Shown here one piece after another: positions 57,611 through 64,000 of a stretch of DNA of 64,000 nucleotides. The notes below the pieces were generated by a model that saw nothing but the letters and a program-made list of their open reading frames with translations, searched no databases and was not told the origin of the DNA. The stretch is from the NCBI GenBank assembly GCA_964016885.1, contig OZ024741.1, positions 350,362,001-350,426,000 of the forward strand. Direction: 5' to 3'. How positions within the stretch are numbered: position 1 is the stretch's first letter; every line of letters starts with the position of its first letter. Source of the DNA: Eledone cirrhosa (lineage: Eukaryota). The position numbers were made by a program, and so were the translations under genes.

Positions 57611-58057
57611 TGCACACATACACTCATGCTTCTTTACCCCTAGCTACTGTCACCCTTACCTTGTTTACTGTCGCACGTGAGTACATTCACCCAATAGGTT
57701 CCTATGGCTCAGTTATCGTCAGAAACACACAGACAAGCTCACAGCTTCATACTTACAAATACACAAACTCTTATACTTACATATACAAACACATATACTC
57801 TTAACTTTGTTCAGACAAATAACACACATACACGCACACGTATACACACTTTATATACAAAATTACTCTCCCCCCTTTCAGCAAGACGCACTTGATCACC
57901 ACCTTTTAAAACAAGATTATCTTACACAAAACGCCAGCATCAACAGTTTTCCTAAAGATGGTGACATGAATAGACCTATTTTTCACTTAAACTTTTTTTC
58001 ATTTCTGCCACTGCCTGTCTCCTCAATCTTTCTATTTCTTCTTTAATTTCTCGTTCT

Positions 58058-58095
58058 CTTTTCTGATGAAGGACTAGCATCCAAAACGTTAAAAC
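58058..58095 (+). ncRNA. Minimal hammerhead ribozyme motif (core G mutated) downstream of the PLE endonuclease
   Basis: TTTT-CTGATGA-AGGA-CTAGCA-TCC-AAAA-CGTT-AAAA. Confidence 0.5.
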
Positions 58096-58199
58096 TTTTT
58101 CTACTATATTAAGTGTGGCTCTAATAATACATTTCTTCATTGTACTGTGTCGTTTGCTTTGTTATTTTTGTTTGCCTTTTGCATATATATATATATATA

Positions 58200-59111
58200 T
58201 AGAAATAGTGGACACCTTCCATTACCTGGGTGACAAAATCAGCAGTGGTGGAGGGTGCTCTGAAAGTACAGTAGCCAGAGTCAGAACGGGATGGAAAAAG
58301 TTCAGAGAGCTTATACCACTATTAGCGATAAAAGTTTCTCTCTAAAAATGAAAGGCAGACTGTATGATGCCTGCATACGAACAGCAATGTTACATGGCAG
58401 TGAGACATGGGCATTGTGTCCAGAGGATCTGCGCAGACTGAAGAGGAACGAAGCTTGCATGCTCCATTGGATGTGTAATATACGTGAATGGCAAAGCATA
58501 AATGAACTAAGTGAGAAATTAGGAATAAGAGGGATCAGATGCTGTTTACTGAAGAGAAGACTACATTGGTATGGTCACGTGATGCGCATGAAAGATGACA
58601 GCTGTATAAAAAAGTGCAGGGCGATCAAAATTGATGGAAGCTACGGAGTAGGCAGACCCAGAAAAACCTGGGACGATTTGATAAATTCCGACCTTACACA
58701 CGTACACCTCTCCAAGACAATGTCACTGGACCGAGATCTTCGGCGCTACGCAATAATGCAGAAGACCCACCTTGCTTATGTACAAAGCGAAACCTAGTCA
58801 GTAGGCACCTCTTAACCAAAAATACACCCCCATCCCACTACCCGAACCCCCACCCCAATCAACAACACCCCTTTCTCTGTAAAGTTATGTTGGTACCACA
58901 ACATCCAGTCCTAAATAAATAAGGTTGTGTAGGTGTCACGACAAAAAAACAGTCCACACTGTAAACGTGGTTGGTGTTAGGAAGGGCATCCAGCCGTAGA
59001 AAACCTGCCAGACAGTCCTATACGAGCAGGACAACCAATCTTGCCTCAAGTGGGACAATTCCCATCTAAACCCATGCTAGCGTGGAAGATAGACATTAAA
59101 CGATGATGATG

Positions 59112-59112
<1 letters not shown>
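58200..59112 (+). mobile_element. RTE-type LINE 3' portion
   Basis: FHYLGDKISSGGGCSES..RVRTGWKKFREL; LHGSETWAL; RRLHWYGHVMRM; GRPRKTW; (GAT)n tail. Confidence 0.93.
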
Positions 59113-59160
<48 letters not shown>

Positions 59161-60399
59161 CACACACTTATGTGGACCCTCAAATTCATTGGATTCCTAC
59201 AATGGATTTTCATCTTCGAACTGATTTTTTTACTCAGACTCTACTTGAACTTCTACTTGGATATCTTTTTGGATTACTATTTTCTGATAGCTTTTTGCTA
59301 CATACATATGCATACATGCATACATACATACATACATACACACATACAGTTGCGGTATTTGCTGTATGGTTTCTATGAATTCAAATGTTAAGAGTAACCA
59401 GCCAGCCCAACCAACCAACCATCCGCCAACACAGCCAGCCCAATCAGCCAACCATCAGCTGGCTAGCCAACCAATCAGCATCAACTGGATAGTGAACGTG
59501 CCTTCAAATAATCCTGTGATAGTCCAGCCTAATCATTGAAAGTTTACTTTACTCCTTTAGTTAGAACTGGTGTTGCACAATTGGTAGTAGCTAGTGTTCT
59601 CGAAAATGGTAAATGGTAATCATTCCAATACTAGAATGTATTGTGCAATGAGAGATCAATATTGGCTGTTGTTGGCTGTTGAATGTTATAGCTTCTTTCA
59701 ATCGATCATTACCATTATATTGAATAGGCACATCATGGAACCTCCATGTGGTTTCTAAATATGCTAGAAATAGCACCCAAATTTTAATCAACTCACAGCC
59801 TCCTGCCTTGAAATAATAGCAAAATAACCTTCAAATCACAACTATAGTGATGATTAAATGGACCTGTTATTATTACCAATGAAACTAGCTCATACTAATT
59901 CCCATTATCATCATCGTTTTATGTTTATTTTTCATGTTTTCATGGGTTAGACAGGCTGTTATGCTCTGAGGTTAGACTGATAAGTCAGAAGACTGTCTTG
60001 CTCATACATTCTATTTTCGAATGGTTTCATGGCTGGATGCCCTCCCTAACAACCACTTCTAGATGGTATATAAATATATATATCCAAAAACCAACTGCTT
60101 AGTACATCAATAATTAATTGATACTATCTATTATCCTCCCTCCTCTACTACTACCACCACATTTAAATAACAATTTATAAAATATACAGCTTCCTTCTCT
60201 ATCCACCCTCTTCCTTAATCTCCCCCCAAAAAAATTTACATCAACAGGAAAGACATTGAAAATAATTGTGACATTTGAAGAAGAGTTTGTTACAGGCAGT
60301 GGAAGGCAGGGGATGGCATGGTACCACTTCAATTCTAGGGAACCAACTCACTTCTAACTAACTGATTACATACAAGAAAATGAGGGAGGAGACATCATA

Positions 60400-60595
60400 C
60401 ATAGTCACCCAACCTGCTAGAAATAGCAGCCAGATTTCCTTCAAATCACACCCTACAGCCCGATATAAGGTCAAGACACACTATATAATGTAGTCTAGCC
60501 TAACCCTTAAAAAAATAGGATGATCATGATTGGAATACCTTTGATGATAGGTCTATGATCTTTTGGGGTGGACCTAGGGCTAAACAACAAAATCT
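60400..60595 (+). repeat. Interspersed ~200-bp repeat family, class unclear (partial copies ~19880-20010, 35000-35070, 42200-42325, 45165-45290, 53840-53960)
   Basis: Shared TGCTAGAAATAGCAGCC..TCAAATCACACCCT..ATAATGTAGTC..GGAATRCCTTTGAT.ATAGGTCT. Confidence 0.65.
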
Positions 60596-61713
60596 AGCTA
60601 TTTAAATACAGCATGTGACATTTGTCAGAATAGCTGGTAATTAAGGATAATAACAATGACCCTTAAAAATCATAGAATGGGCTAAGTGACAGTAATGAGA
60701 GTGGTGGCAGCTTCACCTCATGTCAGCTCTATCAAGTAGATCTATAATCAAAGTGTTCCAGCCATGACTGACCCATCTTATTTTAAGACACTATATCTAA
60801 GACTACACTCTACAATGTGTTATTCCCCATGCAGTGATTGTCCCTGGGAAAGCATTTGTTACAAGGTTTTGCTAACGAGGCTCTGTATATGAAAAAATAT
60901 GTTGATGAACATTAATAATATATGCATACACATACTCATACATATGGTAATTTTTTAAAAACCAGAATTGAGACCCCTAATTCATTTATTTTATGTATGG
61001 GATTTCTAGTAAAATATCTTTTCGGTCATGCATAATGTTTTTTAATGTATAAAGAAAATTGGCACAGGAATGCTACCTCTTAAAATTAAAATTTCACTGG
61101 AGATAGATTAGCAAAATTTAACCCCTTGATGTTCAAACCGGCCAAAACCGGCCAGAATTCTCTACCTCTTTCTGTTGAAACTGGCTGTAACTGGTCGCTC
61201 AAACTGATGTTAAGGTATTGTTCTCAAAATAAATAAAATCAAAATCTCGTAGAGTCGATATTATGTGAGATCATTACGCCTTTCCCATGAAAATATAATA
61301 GTATATATAAAATAATTGTTTCTACTTTTGGCACAAGGCCAGCAATTATCCCAGTGTATTACTGGTACTTTATTTTATCGACCCCGTAAGGATGAAAGGC
61401 AAAGTTAACCTCGGCGGGATTTGAACTCAGTCCGTAACTGTGCTGCAAAGCATGGCGTCCGACCCTTTACCGATACTGCCAATCCACCGCTCAGTATATA
61501 TAAAATAATGTGAATGCTAAAGGGTTACTAACCGATGAGGGGGGTGGGGAGTCATCATCATGATCATTGTTTAATGACCATCTTCCACACCTGCACGAGT
61601 TAGACAGGTTTGTCCCATTTAGAGGCAAGTTGGGTCAGATGACCATGTCTCGCTCATATAGGACAGTTTCTGGCTGGTTTTCTAGAGCTGGATGCCCTTC
61701 CTAGCACCAACCA

Positions 61714-62012
61714 CATTTACAGTGTGTGCTGGCTGCTTTTTACCATGTCTTTTACACAATCAATTTACAATGTGTGCTGGCTGCTTTTTACCATGTCTTT
61801 TACACAACCAATTTACAGTGTGTGCTGGCTGCTTTTTACCATGTCTTTTACACAACCAATTTACAGTGTGTGCTGGCTGCTTTTTACCATGTCTTTTACA
61901 CAACCAATTTACAGTGTGTGCTGGCTGCTTTTTACCATGTCTTTTACACAACCAATTTACAGTCTGTGCTGGCTGCTTTTTACCATGTCTTTTACACAAC
62001 CAATTTACAGTG
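61714..62012. repeat. 48-bp minisatellite (~6 copies) inside an RTE-tail element
   Basis: Unit ATTTACAGTGTGTGCTGGCTGCTTTTTACCATGTCTTTTACACAACCA. Confidence 0.93.
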
Positions 62013-62145
62013 TGGGCTGGGTGCTTTTTGTCGTGACACCAACACGACCACTTATAGAGTGGGCTGGATGTTTTGTGAAAAATTAATAAGTGGGGGACGA
62101 TTATTCAAGATTCAAGTTTATTCAAGTTTTCATCCTCATGATGGG

Positions 62146-62184
<39 letters not shown>

Positions 62185-62187
<3 letters not shown>

Positions 62188-63460
62188 ATTAGCTCAGTTT
62201 CCTCTCTACTTTCCCAATCTTTTGCAACAAGAAGCTTAGAAGAGAAGAAGAATATTATCATTCTTGGAAGAGAGAAACTGAAGCTTGAACTGAAAATGAA
62301 ACCCAAAGTGGGCAGCAAGGAATGTTATCTTTATTTTCATTCCAACGGCAGTGGTTTGGCAGTATTGGCAGAGCGTCAGACACCATGCTTTGCAGCATAG
62401 AGTTATGGCCCTTTGTGTTATGAGTTCAAATCCGCCAAGGTTAACTTTGCCTTTCATCCTTACAGGGTCAATGAAATAAAGTACCAGTGATGCACTGGGG
62501 TAATCGATGGCCTTGTGCCAAAAGTAAAAACACAGGGCGGTGGATTAGCAGTATCGGTAGAGGGTTGGACGCTATGCTTTGCAGCATAGAGTTACTCCCC
62601 TTTACGGTCCGAGTTCAAATCCAGCCATGGTTAACTTGCCTTTCATCCATACGGAGTCGATAAAATAAAGTACCAGTAATGCACTGGGATAATTACTGGT
62701 CTTGTGCCAAAAGTAGAAACAATTATTTTCTGTCCAAGTATTATGAACAGTATGAGCGGATGACGGAATGTTCCATTCTGAAAAAATTATTCTTTCCCAT
62801 ATCTGTTATTTTAACAACATAAGAACAACTAACAGCTATTGCAATTGGAACAATTTGATTACAGCTTTGACAAAACAAAAAATCTTAGAACCATCTGAAT
62901 TCTGTAATTGTTCTGAAAAACTTTGGCCAACAATGAATTGATTCAGCGATCGATCACTGGAAAGCAGCTTCAATTCAGTTGCATAATAGATCAATCGAGA
63001 AAAATTGTGGTATATTCGAAACAGGTTAATTCATTGTATTGAAATTTTAGCCTGTCAAGAATTATCATTTCAAGGACGCAATGAAACAGAAGGATCAAAT
63101 AAGGTAATTTTCTGGCTATATGTGAAGCAGAAGCAGCATACAATGATTGTTTAAGATCACATTTAGATTTTGTGAAGAAAGTGCTAACTGAACATTTTCT
63201 GAACTTTCAAGTGATATTCAAAAGGAGATCATTAATTGGATAGCTGTTTCAATTGAATGTGAAATTAAGGCAATGATAAAAAAAAAAAAAAAAAACATAA
63301 TTTGTTGCCGTTATATTTGATAAAACTATGGATCTTCAAATGGAAGCTCAATGGTCAAACAATTTGTGATTTGTTGATGAGAAGAAAAAGCCTAATGAAA
63401 GGTTTTCAGGATATGTTGATGTCCATAAAGATAGAAGAGCTGCATCGCTGACAGAAGTGT
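62185..63460 (+). mobile_element. hAT transposase remnant (DUF4371/ZMYM1-like), interrupted by a SINE dimer
   Basis: FATRSLEEKKNIIILGR | QELSFQGRNE..GNFL..SSDIQKEIINWIA..FVAVIFDKTMD..NERFSGYVDV..DRRAASL. Confidence 0.85.
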
Positions 63461-63603
63461 GCACAAGTGCATACGCGTGTGCACAGAGAGAGAGGATTGC
63501 CTGTAAGATTCCTTCCTACTTTTGGAAAATTAAAATTTTAAGTAATAAGTAGCCCAGATTTTATAAAAAATTAGTATATATAGTGTGTGTGTGTGTGAGT
63601 GTG

Positions 63604-63644
<41 letters not shown>

Positions 63645-63893
63645 ACGCGCACACACACAGTTCTCACAATGTAGCTGAGTCTGCTACTTTGTTGAAAAGC
63701 CTGCTTGCTCAATTAGGGTTGACCATAGACAATACAACAACAAAACTAAAAGTTTTAAGCTTTAAAGGGCAACAAAATCAAATTTACATTACATGGAAAC
63801 ACTCAAGCACAAATATAGCACACATTTTAGATAAAAACTCTACAAATGTTACACTAATGGATGCTTGAATATGTACATGTATTAAGGCAGTAA

Positions 63894-63934
<41 letters not shown>

Positions 63935-64000
63935 AAAAGGGGTAAGGTTCTATACAAAACAGAGGTTATAGAAAAAAAAAGGTAAGAATTGAAGCAGCAT

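Noticed and set aside
61692-62086. Cys-rich repeat ORFs (CAGCFLPC) resembling metal-binding proteins
   Set aside because: 48-bp minisatellite within a retroposon tail, open in several frames

Overview
Eukaryotic, AT-rich, repeat-dominated genomic DNA. The tRNA-derived SINE families and very heavy microsatellite load point to a coleoid cephalopod, most likely Octopus (inferred from family resemblance, not from a search). No intact protein-coding gene is present, and almost every long ORF in the track is a translated micro- or minisatellite. DNA transposon remnants: a TIR-bounded Transib/RAG1-core-like element whose two ends begin with the RSS heptamer CACAGTG (36113-38674), Chapaev3-like, two mariner copies, hAT, and a TTAA piggyBac-type MITE family. 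Retroelement remnants: a short Gypsy-type LTR element with ~96% identical LTRs and a tRNA-Trp PBS, RTE, CR1 and CRE LINE 3' ends, and Penelope-like pieces with minimal hammerhead ribozyme motifs. Beyond the TE catalogue there are splice signals for a minus-strand host transcript. These include a Kozak-start mini-exon at 16534-16608 and a textbook AG|GTAAGT recursive-splice-like site at 24786/24787. Also notable are a near-perfect 125-bp palindrome whose single mismatch is an A:C pair in UAG context, a twin-primed (5'-inverted) RTE nested in a Penelope-like element, and minisatellites born inside SINEs. Coordinates were read by eye, and repeat edges are approximate.
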